Shown piece after piece: positions 1 to 9,540 of a stretch of DNA of 33,755 nt; within the stretch, counting starts at the first letter, position 1, and each line of letters begins with the position of its first letter. Origin of the DNA: Candidatus Bathyarchaeum sp. (GTDB lineage Archaea > Thermoproteota > Bathyarchaeia > Bathyarchaeales > Bathyarchaeaceae); NCBI GenBank assembly GCA_026014495.1, contig JAOZIF010000103.1, forward strand, positions 1-33,755, in the 5' to 3' direction. The notes below the pieces were generated by a model. The model saw only the letters and a program-made list of their open reading frames with translations, did not search any database and was not told the origin of the DNA. The position numbers and the translations under genes are program-made.

Positions 1-326
1 CAACGGAAGAAAAACGGGGACTGAAAAGGCTCAAGCACACAAAATGAAAAATAACAAAAAGCAATAGTAGCTGTTTTGTTTTTTTCGTTTTTCTCCTCTT
101 AATGCGCGTGCAGGAGCCTCAGCAAACCCCATTTCTTCTGACTTTTCTTAACTTGGATATGTTATGTTCTTTCTTCTCTATTTGGTACACCTCAAAAAAC
201 ATTGTAAACAAAATGAAAAAGAAGCACATGCCAAAAACTAGCAGCTTAGCATCTTAACGGTGTTTCAGCCATAAACTATCAGCGTGTTTGCTAAACAAAA
301 AAAGGGGGATGGAAAGTTTTTTGTTG

Positions 327-518
327 TCATTCCCTTGTTTTTGTGAAATATGATACTGCCAGAACCACCAACGCCATGCCTACTATGCCTTTAACGTCAT
401 TTGGCGAAAACAATTGACTGGCTGGGTCTACAGTCGTCAGGATTGCATCAGCGAGCAAAATTGCAGCGAAAGCTAGCACTATCAATCCTATAATTAGTTT
501 ATCTGTTTTCATAAACAA
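327..518 (-). CDS. Small two-TM membrane protein, unknown function
   Basis: 63-aa ORF with two hydrophobic stretches (LIIGLIVLAFAAILLA; IVGMALVVLAVSYF) and a basic C-terminus. Confidence 0.55.
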   Translation of the reverse strand: MFMKTDKLIIGLIVLAFAAILLADAILTTVDPASQLFSPNDVKGIVGMALVVLAVSYFTKTRE

Positions 519-592
519 GCTTTTTCTCGTATTTTCCTTATAGTTTTTACTATAGCTAAACTTTTGACAAAAAAGAGGAAAAAGAAAATATT

Positions 593-871
593 GTGGCTAA
601 CGTGGGTTTGAAAATCAAGTATGGCGTAGAACTGAAAGAAGGAAAAAACAAAGGAAACTTTTCAACAGTTGGAGACAAAGAACACATGCAAATTATTTCA
701 CTGTATGCGGAAGGTAACAGCTACGCGGTAATTTCTGACCAGCTCAGCCGTTCAACAAAGACGATAAGCGACCACATGCGAAAGCACAACAACTCAGTTA
801 AACGAAGTGTCTTATGTCCTGTTTGTCGTAGAGCTGGAGACGAGTTTTGGGGAAAAGAAGTCTTTAAATGA
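593..871 (+). CDS. Small HTH DNA-binding protein with C-terminal CxxC
   Basis: IISLYAEGNSYAVISDQLSRSTKTISDH fits a LuxR/sigma-r4/IS30-type HTH; followed by CPVC. Confidence 0.6.
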   Translation: MANVGLKIKYGVELKEGKNKGNFSTVGDKEHMQIISLYAEGNSYAVISDQLSRSTKTISDHMRKHNNSVKRSVLCPVCRRAGDEFWGKEVFK

Positions 872-1034
872 ATAAAAAAATCTTTGAAAACGCATATGTG
901 ATTGAAGTGTTTACCCTCATTTACTTACAACTGAACTCCCCCACAAAAAAAAGAAAAATAATAAAAGAGTAAATTCCTAAATCTAACGTTAAACTAAAAA
1001 TAACAATAAATAACGGTTGGAAGTTAATTAAAAC

Positions 1035-1742
1035 ATGGTTTTCCCAGCCAAAGTTTTTGAAATCAAAGATGAACTTAATTTTGGTTTAACTGTTCAGAAA
1101 CTAAAAGATTTCCGTGAAGAGCAAAGCTACGAGAAGAACAACGGAGAAACCGTGAATCTAGTAACACAAATCTTGGACCTTAGTATTGCAGAGAATCTGA
1201 TTTCAGGCGTTTTAAGTACAGATTTTATGCAAAGCCGCTACTACCAGCGCACCCTAGTTGAAAACCCTGTTACTGAAGAAGCACATTTCTGGGTAACTCG
1301 CTTTGAGAACCGAGCATTTCTGATTGTGGTAGCGCCTTCTGTAGCTCGTGGCGTAAAAAAGCTACTATCCAGTCACGTGGCTAACAAGCTCAGCAAGATT
1401 CTTTTCATAACCCCAAGAGTAATTGTTGAAACAACAATTCCGCACGAAACCCTCAAAACACTTCATGAATCAAATCCACAAGCAACACGCTTAATCTGGT
1501 TTGACCAAGTTGAAATACCCGGAGTAGAAAAGCTGTGCTTAGCAGGTTCAGGTCTTGCTGACACACAACTCTATCAGGATTATCTGGCTCATGGACAGAT
1601 TTGGTACGTGGTTTTTGAGGCACAAGAGCGTGGGCTTACAATGGGAATCACACGAAACAGTGTATTAACCCTTTTTAGTAAGAGCACAAAAGACGACCTT
1701 ATCAATTATATCCGTGAAAACCTTTTGAAGCTAATCGAATAA
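1035..1742 (+). CDS. Hypothetical protein, probably a conserved TACK-archaeal family
   Basis: 235-aa ORF with globular composition; resembles uncharacterised crenarchaeal-type proteins from memory only (LHESNPQAT..FDQVEIPGV..WYVVFE); no function recognised. Confidence 0.7.
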   Translation: MVFPAKVFEIKDELNFGLTVQKLKDFREEQSYEKNNGETVNLVTQILDLSIAENLISGVLSTDFMQSRYYQRTLVENPVTEEAHFWVTRFENRAFLIVVAPSVARGVKKLLSSHVANKLSKILFITPRVIVETTIPHETLKTLHESNPQATRLIWFDQVEIPGVEKLCLAGSGLADTQLYQDYLAHGQIWYVVFEAQERGLTMGITRNSVLTLFSKSTKDDLINYIRENLLKLIE

Positions 1743-1748
1743 AGCAAA

Positions 1749-2279
1749 TTATTGTCGCATGTTGTATGCACGTTCTCGCCATCTTTGGTTCCAGCTCTTC
1801 CATCCTGTTTTCACAAGCTTTTCTCTCAGATGTGGTTTTTCTGCAACCCATTCCAAAAAAGTATTGAAACTTCGTTTGCCTTCTAGGCGCTCAAATTCTA
1901 TTCCCACTTCTTTGCACCAGTTAGCGAAGCTACGCTCAACCATTTCCTGAAGCTCTCCAGTGACTTCAATTTCTTCAACTCTGAAACCCTGTTTTCTAAG
2001 GTAGTTGCGCACACTAGAAAGAACATAACCCGAGCATACATTAAAAACGGTTTCATCATCAGGTTGCATAACTTTCACAATCTCTTCTGCAATCTTAACT
2101 GCGTCTTCAAGGTAGCGTTTATTTTGAAAATTAGGCGGCTGGAACGAAGAAATAGGGATTCGACGTTCCATGTACCTGTGTTCTGGAAGTTTCAGGGCGC
2201 CTATTACTACGCCCAATATTAGGTCGCCCCAGCCTGAGTCGTCGATTAGTATCTCTTTTTTGTACAGGAATTTATCCAA
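1749..2279 (-). CDS. Uncharacterised RNase H-fold-like protein (paralog 1)
   Basis: N-terminal ILIDDSGWGDLILGVV resembles the RNase HII IDEAGRG strand; shares CxGY and KTGW motifs with 32539-33051. Confidence 0.6.
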   Translation of the reverse strand: MDKFLYKKEILIDDSGWGDLILGVVIGALKLPEHRYMERRIPISSFQPPNFQNKRYLEDAVKIAEEIVKVMQPDDETVFNVCSGYVLSSVRNYLRKQGFRVEEIEVTGELQEMVERSFANWCKEVGIEFERLEGKRSFNTFLEWVAEKPHLREKLVKTGWKSWNQRWRERAYNMRQ

Positions 2280-2365
2280 TTCTAGAACCTACCTGAAGAA
2301 TGATGATGTGATTTAAAAAAGAATAAAGGGGGTAAACCGTAAAAAAGTTGCCTATTGCATATATT

Positions 2366-2950
2366 TTACTTGTTTACTGGACATAAGGGCAGAATTGTTC
2401 TGTCGTATGTTTCGTTTAGAACCTCAGCAATTCCTGTGTAGATTGCGCTTGCTCCACAGATTATTCCTTCAATTCCCGCGATTGTTTGCAGGTCTGCGTT
2501 GCCTGTCACTCGATATGCTGCTAACAAGAAGAACAGTATAACTAAACTGCCAAAGACGAACTGTATTGCACGATTCTTTTTGATTGTTCCACAGAACATC
2601 AGTAACGTGAACATGCCCCACATAAAGAAGTATGCCGCCATAGCTGTATCACTTGGTGCTGTAACTGCTGGAGACAGAAGTGTAAAGTTGGGAAGCAGTA
2701 GCAAGATTACAAGAGACCACCAGAATAAACCGTAAGAACTGAAAGCAAGAGTACCAAAGGTGTTTCCCTTTTTGAATTCCATTGCCCCAGCAATCACTTG
2801 GGCTAACCCGCCGTACACTAGTCCCATTGCAAGTATCATGCTGCCTAGTGAATATAGACCTGCGTTGTGTAAGTTAAGAAGTACTGTAGTCATTCCAAAT
2901 CCTAATAACCCTAGAGGTGCTGGATTTGCTAGTTTATCACCCATTATCAT
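2366..2950 (-). CDS. satP: Acetate/succinate permease, GPR1/FUN34/YaaH (SatP/AceP) family
   Basis: Signature [28 protein letters not shown]; about six TM helices. Confidence 0.92.
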   Translation of the reverse strand: MIMGDKLANPAPLGLLGFGMTTVLLNLHNAGLYSLGSMILAMGLVYGGLAQVIAGAMEFKKGNTFGTLAFSSYGLFWWSLVILLLLPNFTLLSPAVTAPSDTAMAAYFFMWGMFTLLMFCGTIKKNRAIQFVFGSLVILFFLLAAYRVTGNADLQTIAGIEGIICGASAIYTGIAEVLNETYDRTILPLCPVNK

Positions 2951-3188
2951 TTCACTCTTGTTTGAGTTTGGGGTTTACTAAGATTTGCTAAATATAAGTT
3001 TTCGCTAGGAAGAGATTCATTTATGTGAAATCTGCGTTTTCTGAGAAGACACTATCCCTTTTGTTCATAAAAATGCTTATTTGGCGCGAGTTTTTTGTTT
3101 TTAAGTCTGTTCCACTAAAAGAACAAATTGTTCTCTAAGCAGAGTTATTTAGAAGTTTGAAGTAATACAGTTGTGGAGCTTGACTGAA

Positions 3189-3998
3189 ATGAAAAATAGC
3201 ATAAAACTTTTTCCAGGAACCATTATTGGATTGATACTGGGAATTCTTGTGGCTGTGCCTCTACTGTATACAACTGTTGTGGTCGCCCCTATCACATCCT
3301 CAAGTAGTTCTGGGTTATGTGATGTTGAGATAGTGTATGCGTACCTTGAACGACAGAATACAACCGTGGTAACTGTTGGTTATGATGAAGATACTGGGAG
3401 ATCAATCACTGAAGAACTGGATGAACCAAATGTGCGAGCAATAGCTGTAATCAATGTTACACGTAATTTTGCAATAGTAACTCCTAGTATCGCTGAACTT
3501 TGGGTGTATCAAGTTGAGTTTTACACTGATAAAGGCAGCATTTCAAATGTAACTTACTACATGGGCGTTCTTTCTGAGGAGCCACCAGCGTTAAATTCGC
3601 TAGATGACCTTCATTCTTCACCTTTTCAGATAACAATGAATCAACTTATGAACTACTCTAGCTACATACCCGAAATATACAGCGGTGAAAACGGCGGAGG
3701 TGGAGTCTATACCTATTGGCCTATCGGTAATCCAGTTACTCAGTTTTTGCCAGCGGGTGACAACGATTGGGTTTCTGCTGTTGACACGTCCGAGACGATC
3801 TTCGTACGCGTGAAAGAGCTCGGTTGGATAGTATATGGTGATTCTACTGAGGTTGTTGTTCTACCTGAACCTAATGTCCTTGCGGATGTTCAACTGGACA
3901 TTTATAATTATGGATACCTGCATAACATTGGCATGTCTAATGAGCATCTAGCCGAAATTGAACTGCTTGACCCAGCACCATGGGATTTCTATGAATAA
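3189..3998 (+). CDS. Membrane-anchored exported protein, unknown function
   Basis: ATG at 3189 (ORF track extends to TTG 3171); N-terminal basic residues then a TM helix, Ser-rich linker, acidic beta-rich domain with several N-x-S/T sequons. Confidence 0.7.
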   Translation: MKNSIKLFPGTIIGLILGILVAVPLLYTTVVVAPITSSSSSGLCDVEIVYAYLERQNTTVVTVGYDEDTGRSITEELDEPNVRAIAVINVTRNFAIVTPSIAELWVYQVEFYTDKGSISNVTYYMGVLSEEPPALNSLDDLHSSPFQITMNQLMNYSSYIPEIYSGENGGGGVYTYWPIGNPVTQFLPAGDNDWVSAVDTSETIFVRVKELGWIVYGDSTEVVVLPEPNVLADVQLDIYNYGYLHNIGMSNEHLAEIELLDPAPWDFYE

Positions 3999-4025
3999 AT
4001 AGAACCATGAAATGAGGACAATACA

Positions 4026-4472
4026 GTGGCGAATGATGACAACACAGAGCTTGAGGGCACAACATTCACTGTGTACACCTACGTAGTCAAAGAAAACAAT
4101 CCTGTAGGTCCACGTGAAGTCATGCGAGGTGTGAACCTAAGTAGCCCCAGCGTAGCTTACAGGCATCTCCAAAAACTTGAAGATTTGGGCTTGCTAGAGA
4201 AGAACGCGGCAGGCAGGTACATCATAAAAGAGAAAGCAAAAATCAGTGGGTACCTGTGGGTTGGCAGAACACTGGTGCCCAGGCTCATTTTTTATTCCCT
4301 TTTTTTCACTGGATTATTGAGTGCAGAAATCGCCAGTGTTCTAATCCGTTATTTAACATATGGGCTGTTCCCTGATGTGCTTCTTGTTTATCTCACATTG
4401 ATAACTGCAATTGCTCTGATGCTGTTCTTGATTGAAGGGCTATCTTTGAGGAAAAAAGCAATCCTTGAGTAA
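4026..4472 (+). CDS. Winged-HTH transcription regulator with two C-terminal TM helices
   Basis: GPREVMRGVNLSSPSVAYRHLQKLEDLGLL is a wHTH (LexA-N/ArsR-like); hydrophobic segments LIFYSLFFTGLLSAEIASVLI and VLLVYLTLITAIALMLFLI. Confidence 0.8.
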   Translation: MANDDNTELEGTTFTVYTYVVKENNPVGPREVMRGVNLSSPSVAYRHLQKLEDLGLLEKNAAGRYIIKEKAKISGYLWVGRTLVPRLIFYSLFFTGLLSAEIASVLIRYLTYGLFPDVLLVYLTLITAIALMLFLIEGLSLRKKAILE

Positions 4473-4571
4473 CCTGTACATCCTGTAAAACTCTTTTTTT
4501 GTTCATTCTTCATAAATGTCTGTTTTGTAATAGTATATGCTGGATAGATAGGAAAAGGTGAATGTGACAAT

Positions 4572-5324
4572 TTGGTGAATCGGAGACGTCGATACCGTCG
4601 CGGGTACCCCGTTGCGGTTCTTGTAGGTTTTGAAGATACTCATGCGCTGTTGTGGCACATATTTAGTCGTGTAGTTAAGCCATCATTTAGGTTAGAGCTT
4701 AACGGAAAAAGAACAGACGAAAAGGTTTTGTACAATTTTCATGAATCAGTCATTGACGCCATAAAACCTGTGCTTAAAGAGGGAGTAAGAAGTGTTGTTG
4801 TTTCAGCTCCAGCAAGAACAACCTACGCCGCAGACTTTTTAGAGCACATAAAAAAACATCACATGTATCTGATTCAATCAAGAAGCACAAACAGAGCAAA
4901 TTTCGGTGAATTAATTGGCTCTGCGGATGATCAAATCAAGGTTGCTGAACTGGTTAAAACCACGGAATTCACGAAAATAATCGAGCAAACAACTTCTGAA
5001 GAAGCTGACCAAATTGTTGACAGTTTGGAGAAGCACCTTTATGGTTCAGGAGACAACTCTGTTGTTCTGTATTCCTTAAAAGAAATCGAAGACACAATCT
5101 ATGCCAGAGAAAAAAAGAAGTTAACACGAACAGAGTATCTGCTACTCACAGACAAGTATCTGTCAGAAAGTAAACAAAAGAGCCGAATTCACAGACTGCT
5201 ACAGATAGCTAAGAACAAAAAAGTGAAAACACGTGTAATAGACGCTGAGACTTCAGCAGGCAACAGGGTCAACCAGTTTGGAGGCATAGTTTTCTTTTCT
5301 AGACCAAACTATTCAACTGCGTGA
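4572..5324 (+). CDS. Pelota/aRF1-like protein (middle and C-terminal domains only)
   Basis: VRSVVVSAP, VLYSLKEIE, EYLLLTDKYL and KTRVIDAETSAGNRVNQFGGIVFF parallel Pelota domains 2 and 3; N-terminal Sm-like domain absent. Confidence 0.7.
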   Translation: MVNRRRRYRRGYPVAVLVGFEDTHALLWHIFSRVVKPSFRLELNGKRTDEKVLYNFHESVIDAIKPVLKEGVRSVVVSAPARTTYAADFLEHIKKHHMYLIQSRSTNRANFGELIGSADDQIKVAELVKTTEFTKIIEQTTSEEADQIVDSLEKHLYGSGDNSVVLYSLKEIEDTIYAREKKKLTRTEYLLLTDKYLSESKQKSRIHRLLQIAKNKKVKTRVIDAETSAGNRVNQFGGIVFFSRPNYSTA

Positions 5325-5336
5325 CTAACCTAAACT

Positions 5337-5993
5337 TTAGTCAGTGAACATTGCCTTGATTAGTATAACATCTTCTACTGGCATTTCATTGTATGTTTCC
5401 ACGTTTGAGATTGCATCAACAACATCCATGCCGTCGATTACTTCGCCAAAAACTGAATAGTCCTCATCTAGGTAATTGTTATCAACAACGTTAATGTAGA
5501 ACTGGCTACTTGCCGAATTTTTTAGAACAGCACCTGTTGAGTCACTTTGTTTTGCCATTGCTATGGTGCCCCTGTTATTTTCGTTTGTGTCCGTAAATTC
5601 GTCTTCTATATTAGCTACTGTTCCTCCAGACCAGTCTCCAGTTGTTGGGTCACCGCCCTGAATCATAAAATCTGCAATCACTCTGTGAAATGTTGTATTA
5701 TCATACGCACCCTGTTCCACTAGATTTTTGAAATTTTCTGTTGTGATAGGCATGTCATCACGTAACTGGATTGTAATGTTGCCCATGCTTGTTGTAAGCA
5801 GAACTTTCATTGAAGTGGAAACAGTATCATCAATCAAATCATCATCTTCGTTTGGGTCAACATTGTCTGTCATCATAACCATAACTGCTCCAATTATTAT
5901 TGCAACAACAGCCAACAGGGCAATAGCTACTATTATTTTTGTGTTGCTTTTCTTTTTGCGCTGTCTACGTTTGCGATATTTACTGGAAGTCAT
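5337..5993 (-). CDS. Cyclophilin-type peptidyl-prolyl cis-trans isomerase with N-terminal TM anchor
   Basis: FHRVIADFMIQGGDP, GTIAMA, SQFYIN, YSVFGEVIDGMDVV; basic N-terminus plus TM helix. Confidence 0.93.
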   Translation of the reverse strand: MTSSKYRKRRQRKKKSNTKIIVAIALLAVVAIIIGAVMVMMTDNVDPNEDDDLIDDTVSTSMKVLLTTSMGNITIQLRDDMPITTENFKNLVEQGAYDNTTFHRVIADFMIQGGDPTTGDWSGGTVANIEDEFTDTNENNRGTIAMAKQSDSTGAVLKNSASSQFYINVVDNNYLDEDYSVFGEVIDGMDVVDAISNVETYNEMPVEDVILIKAMFTD

Positions 5994-6066
5994 ATCACAC
6001 GCTTATGATGTCCCATAATTTAAATCATAGGGAATAACACCCAAAAATATGTGCAACTATGTTGCA

Positions 6067-6351
6067 TCAAATGCCTAACTCTTCTTCAACCTCTTCTTTT
6101 CCGCGTTGCAGCTCCTCAACTTGTTCCTTATCTTCTCTTAGCAGCAAAGTATGGAATTCACCCATGTGTGTTTTTTCTTCTTTTGCTACATCCAGCAACA
6201 CTTCGCGAAGTGATTCATTTTCCGTTGCTGCAGCCAACTGCTCATACAAACTTACAGCATCCAACTCAGCAATAATTGCCAGTCTCAAAATTTCACGGTC
6301 AGTAAATTTTTTTCCAACTTTTTCAATTTTAATCGGCTTTTCTGATAACAT
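6067..6351 (-). CDS. Encapsulin-cargo-type ferritin-like protein (EncFtn/Flp, rubrerythrin-like half-ferritin)
   Basis: ILRLAIIAELDAVSLYEQ...EEKTHMGEF closely matches the EncFtn ferroxidase motifs (E-x-x-A..Y, EExxH) of the Pyrococcus Flp domain. Confidence 0.85.
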   Translation of the reverse strand: MLSEKPIKIEKVGKKFTDREILRLAIIAELDAVSLYEQLAAATENESLREVLLDVAKEEKTHMGEFHTLLLREDKEQVEELQRGKEEVEEELGI

Positions 6352-6500
6352 AATTATTCACCTGTATACAACAAGGAATAATAACAATGATAACATTTTC
6401 GCCACGCCAAAATATTCGTACAACCCGAAACATAAACATAATAATTATTCAAGCAACATTTACTAACTGCTATACAACTTCTCTTAGGGAGGCACGGTGA

Positions 6501-7673
6501 TTGGCAGGTAAACCATTAGTTTCAATCGTATCTGCTGGCTTATCCAAGTTTGGACGCCGCGAAGGAACAATGTGTAGAGAACTTTTTGCTGAAGCAACCA
6601 AAGAATCATTTGACAGATGTTCTAATCTTGACCCCATAAAAGACATTGAAGCTTTGTTTGTTGGTCACATGGGTGAATCCTATGAACACCAAGGACACAC
6701 TGGACCCACATTAGCAGACTGGACGGGTTTACTACCAAAACCTGCAATACGAATAGAATCTGCATGTGCTTCATCTGGTTCAGCCCTTAGAACTGGAATA
6801 ATGGCAATACTTTCTGGACTACACAAAATAGTAATGGTTGGCGGCGTAGAAAAAATGACACACCGCACAACAGCAGAAGTAACTGAATATTTGGCTATGG
6901 CATCAGATATGCCCTTTGAGCAGTGGAATGGAATAACATTTCCTGGACTGTATGCCCTTATGGCTACAGCACACATGAACAAGTACGGCACAACCGAAGA
7001 ACAGATGGCTCAAGTCGCAATTAAGAACCATCACAACGGAACATTGAACCCAAAAGCTCATATGCAAAAAGAAATTACCCTAGAAAAAGCCATGAACTCA
7101 AAGGTTGTTGCATGGCCCCTAAAACTCTATGACTGCTCACTGATAACTGACGGCGCCAGTTGCCTAATTTTAACTCGCCCCAATATCGCAAAGAAATACA
7201 CAGATACTCCAGTTGACATAATTGGTTCTGGACAGGCAAGCGATACAATAGGTCTGTATGAACGAGAAACACTCACGTCACTTAAAGCTGCAAAAATTGC
7301 TGGACAAAACGCCTACAATATGGCAGGATTAAAACCCAAAGATGTGAATGTAGCAGAGGTTCATGACTGCTTCACAATAGCCGAGCTACTAGCATACGAA
7401 GACCTAGGTTTTTGCAGTTCGGGAGAAGGCGGAAAAATGATACAACAAGGAACAACTGAACTGGGAGGAAAGCTTCCAGTGAACACTAGTGGAGGATTGA
7501 AATCTAAAGGGCATCCTGTTGGAGCAACTGGCACCGCCCAAGCATACGAAATCTATTTACAACTAACAAATCAGGCTCAAAACAGACAAGTTGAGGGGGC
7601 AACAATAGGGTTAACCCATAATGTCGGAGGCTCTGGAGCCACAGCTAGCGTACACATTTACAGGAGAAACTAA
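6501..7673 (+). CDS. Archaeal thiolase (acetyl-CoA C-acetyltransferase family)
   Basis: ESACASSG (catalytic Cys), EVHDCFT, NTSGGLKSKGHPVGATG; RBS GGAGG upstream of TTG start. Confidence 0.93.
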   Translation: MAGKPLVSIVSAGLSKFGRREGTMCRELFAEATKESFDRCSNLDPIKDIEALFVGHMGESYEHQGHTGPTLADWTGLLPKPAIRIESACASSGSALRTGIMAILSGLHKIVMVGGVEKMTHRTTAEVTEYLAMASDMPFEQWNGITFPGLYALMATAHMNKYGTTEEQMAQVAIKNHHNGTLNPKAHMQKEITLEKAMNSKVVAWPLKLYDCSLITDGASCLILTRPNIAKKYTDTPVDIIGSGQASDTIGLYERETLTSLKAAKIAGQNAYNMAGLKPKDVNVAEVHDCFTIAELLAYEDLGFCSSGEGGKMIQQGTTELGGKLPVNTSGGLKSKGHPVGATGTAQAYEIYLQLTNQAQNRQVEGATIGLTHNVGGSGATASVHIYRRN

Positions 7674-7675
7674 AA

Positions 7676-8074
7676 ATGTCTGATGAACAACAATTTACAA
7701 TATCAACATTCTATAACTTTGTAAATGAAAAGCGTCTTATGGCTGCCAAGTGCAGCGCATGTGGTAATGTTATTCTGCCGCCAAAACCAATGTGCACCCA
7801 GTGTCTGTCCACCGACTTGAATTGGATTGAGCTGGAATGTTCGGGGAAATTGGTTAGTTATACAGTTATCCATGTTGCACCAGAGCAGTTTCAGTCTTTG
7901 GCCCCATACATTGTTGGCATCGTAGAGTTCAAGAACGGTCTTCGTTTACCTGGAATGATTAATGATGTACATTTTGAAGACGTCAAAATAGGAATGGACC
8001 TCAAACTTTGTTTTGGCACATCAACTTCATCGCAATGGCCTAGCTGGAGCAGATACTTCTTTAGACCCGTTTAA
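7676..8074 (+). CDS. DUF35 Zn-ribbon/OB-fold thiolase partner
   Basis: CSACG..LPPKPMCTQC zinc ribbon plus OB fold; starts 2 nt after the thiolase stop. Confidence 0.9.
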   Translation: MSDEQQFTISTFYNFVNEKRLMAAKCSACGNVILPPKPMCTQCLSTDLNWIELECSGKLVSYTVIHVAPEQFQSLAPYIVGIVEFKNGLRLPGMINDVHFEDVKIGMDLKLCFGTSTSSQWPSWSRYFFRPV

Positions 8075-8085
8075 TAATCTCTATT

Positions 8086-9540
8086 TTATTCTTTTTCAAA
8101 GCGATAAGATAGTTTTCCTTTTTTGCTTGTTTTTTGGATGGTCATAGTAAATTGGGCTCCTTTTCCATGGTTACCTGTTTCCTGTATTTCCCAGCCGTAA
8201 GCGTCACAAATTTTTCGTATTAAATATAGCCCGTAGCCTGTGCCTTTACCATAACCTTCACCAAAGATTCTTTCTTTCTCATCATCTGGTATTCCAATCC
8301 CGTTATCCTCATAAATCAGCCTCAACTGCTTTTTTTCATCTCTATACTCTACTTTAATTTGACTAACAGTTTCTCCATGCTCCAACGAGTTGTGAATTAG
8401 ATTATAGAACAGTTGCCTGAGCAACGAATCCGCCAGAACAGTCAATCTTGAACACTTGTTCACAAATCTTATGTTTTCTACTCCAGAAAACAGCATAGAC
8501 GCTTCGTTAAAGACCTTTTCTACATTTGAGTACGCTAATTCTTCAATACCTAGCATCTCATAGGAACGTGCAAACTCGAAAATTTGCTCCATTTGATCTA
8601 CTGCTGATTCAACGGATTGTAAGTATTCTAAGGCATTATTGTCTTCAGGTAACACTCTTTTAGCCAGATATATGTTGTTTAATATAACCGAAAGTTTATT
8701 TCGCGCGTCATGTCGCGTCAATCTGCCGACAACGCCTAACTTCTCATTAATCATCACTAGTTCGTTTATTGTCACCTCTAAGGAATTCCAAGCAGTTACA
8801 TTTTCAGAAATGTTTCGGCCATAAACGTTTGCGTATCCCTCTTTAGGTATCGGTGCAATCACAAATGAGAACAGTTGATTGTTACATTCAATTTCAACCT
8901 CTTCAGTCAAACCTGAACGAAGAGCACTAGCAACTGACTGTCGGAGCCCTTCGGGTACAAATTGCTTATTTTCTTTATTCAACTCACAGTTATGTTGTTG
9001 GGCCGATTTATTTGCATAACAAATCAACCCATCTGTGGTGACACGCAAAACAGGATTAGGATTCTCAGAAGGAAACTTAGCGATGTTACGAAGTTGTTTT
9101 TCTGCCTTCTTGGCTTTAACCGCTTTTTTGATGCTATGCGCAAGTTCCACATATAATGTGTTTTTATTTCCATTTTTGTTGAAGTACCGCTCTACATCAC
9201 GAGTAATAGCTTCAATCGCCACTTCTTCTCTACTTTCTCCAGTAAATAAAACAAACGGGACATCATTTCCATTGGCTCTTAATTCCTCTAATAAGTCTAA
9301 CCCAGTTTTTTCAGGCAACTGATAATCAGAAACAATCACATCATACTGGTGTTGTGCAATTTTTTGTTGGGCTTCTCTGACTGATAATGCAGTTTCTATT
9401 TGGAACAAACCCTGCTTTTCTAAATACCGTTTAGAGCTGATTAAAAAATCCTCATCATCATCTACATGCAAAACACGTATAATCTCATTGGTTAGCCATA
9501 ACTCAGTTTTTGGTAACTGTTCACTAGGTAGTTCTGTCAT
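8086..9540 (-). CDS. Hybrid response regulator-PAS-histidine kinase
   Basis: REC (VLHVDDD, IVSDYQLP, FTG), PAS-like (FPSENPNPVLRV), H-box (TRHDARNKL), HATPase (YNLIHNS, DNGIGI, GTGYGL). Confidence 0.9.
   Translation of the reverse strand: MTELPSEQLPKTELWLTNEIIRVLHVDDDEDFLISSKRYLEKQGLFQIETALSVREAQQKIAQHQYDVIVSDYQLPEKTGLDLLEELRANGNDVPFVLFTGESREEVAIEAITRDVERYFNKNGNKNTLYVELAHSIKKAVKAKKAEKQLRNIAKFPSENPNPVLRVTTDGLICYANKSAQQHNCELNKENKQFVPEGLRQSVASALRSGLTEEVEIECNNQLFSFVIAPIPKEGYANVYGRNISENVTAWNSLEVTINELVMINEKLGVVGRLTRHDARNKLSVILNNIYLAKRVLPEDNNALEYLQSVESAVDQMEQIFEFARSYEMLGIEELAYSNVEKVFNEASMLFSGVENIRFVNKCSRLTVLADSLLRQLFYNLIHNSLEHGETVSQIKVEYRDEKKQLRLIYEDNGIGIPDDEKERIFGEGYGKGTGYGLYLIRKICDAYGWEIQETGNHGKGAQFTMTIQKTSKKGKLSYRFEKE

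Noticed and set aside
6052-6066. TGCAAC-TAT-GTTGCA palindrome just after the ferritin-like stop
   Set aside because: Short, single instance; could be a trivial hairpin.
6377-6402. Fur-box-like AATAAT/GATAAC hexamers upstream of the ferritin-like gene
   Set aside because: Only about 11/19 match to the Fur consensus in AT-rich DNA; no regulator evidence.
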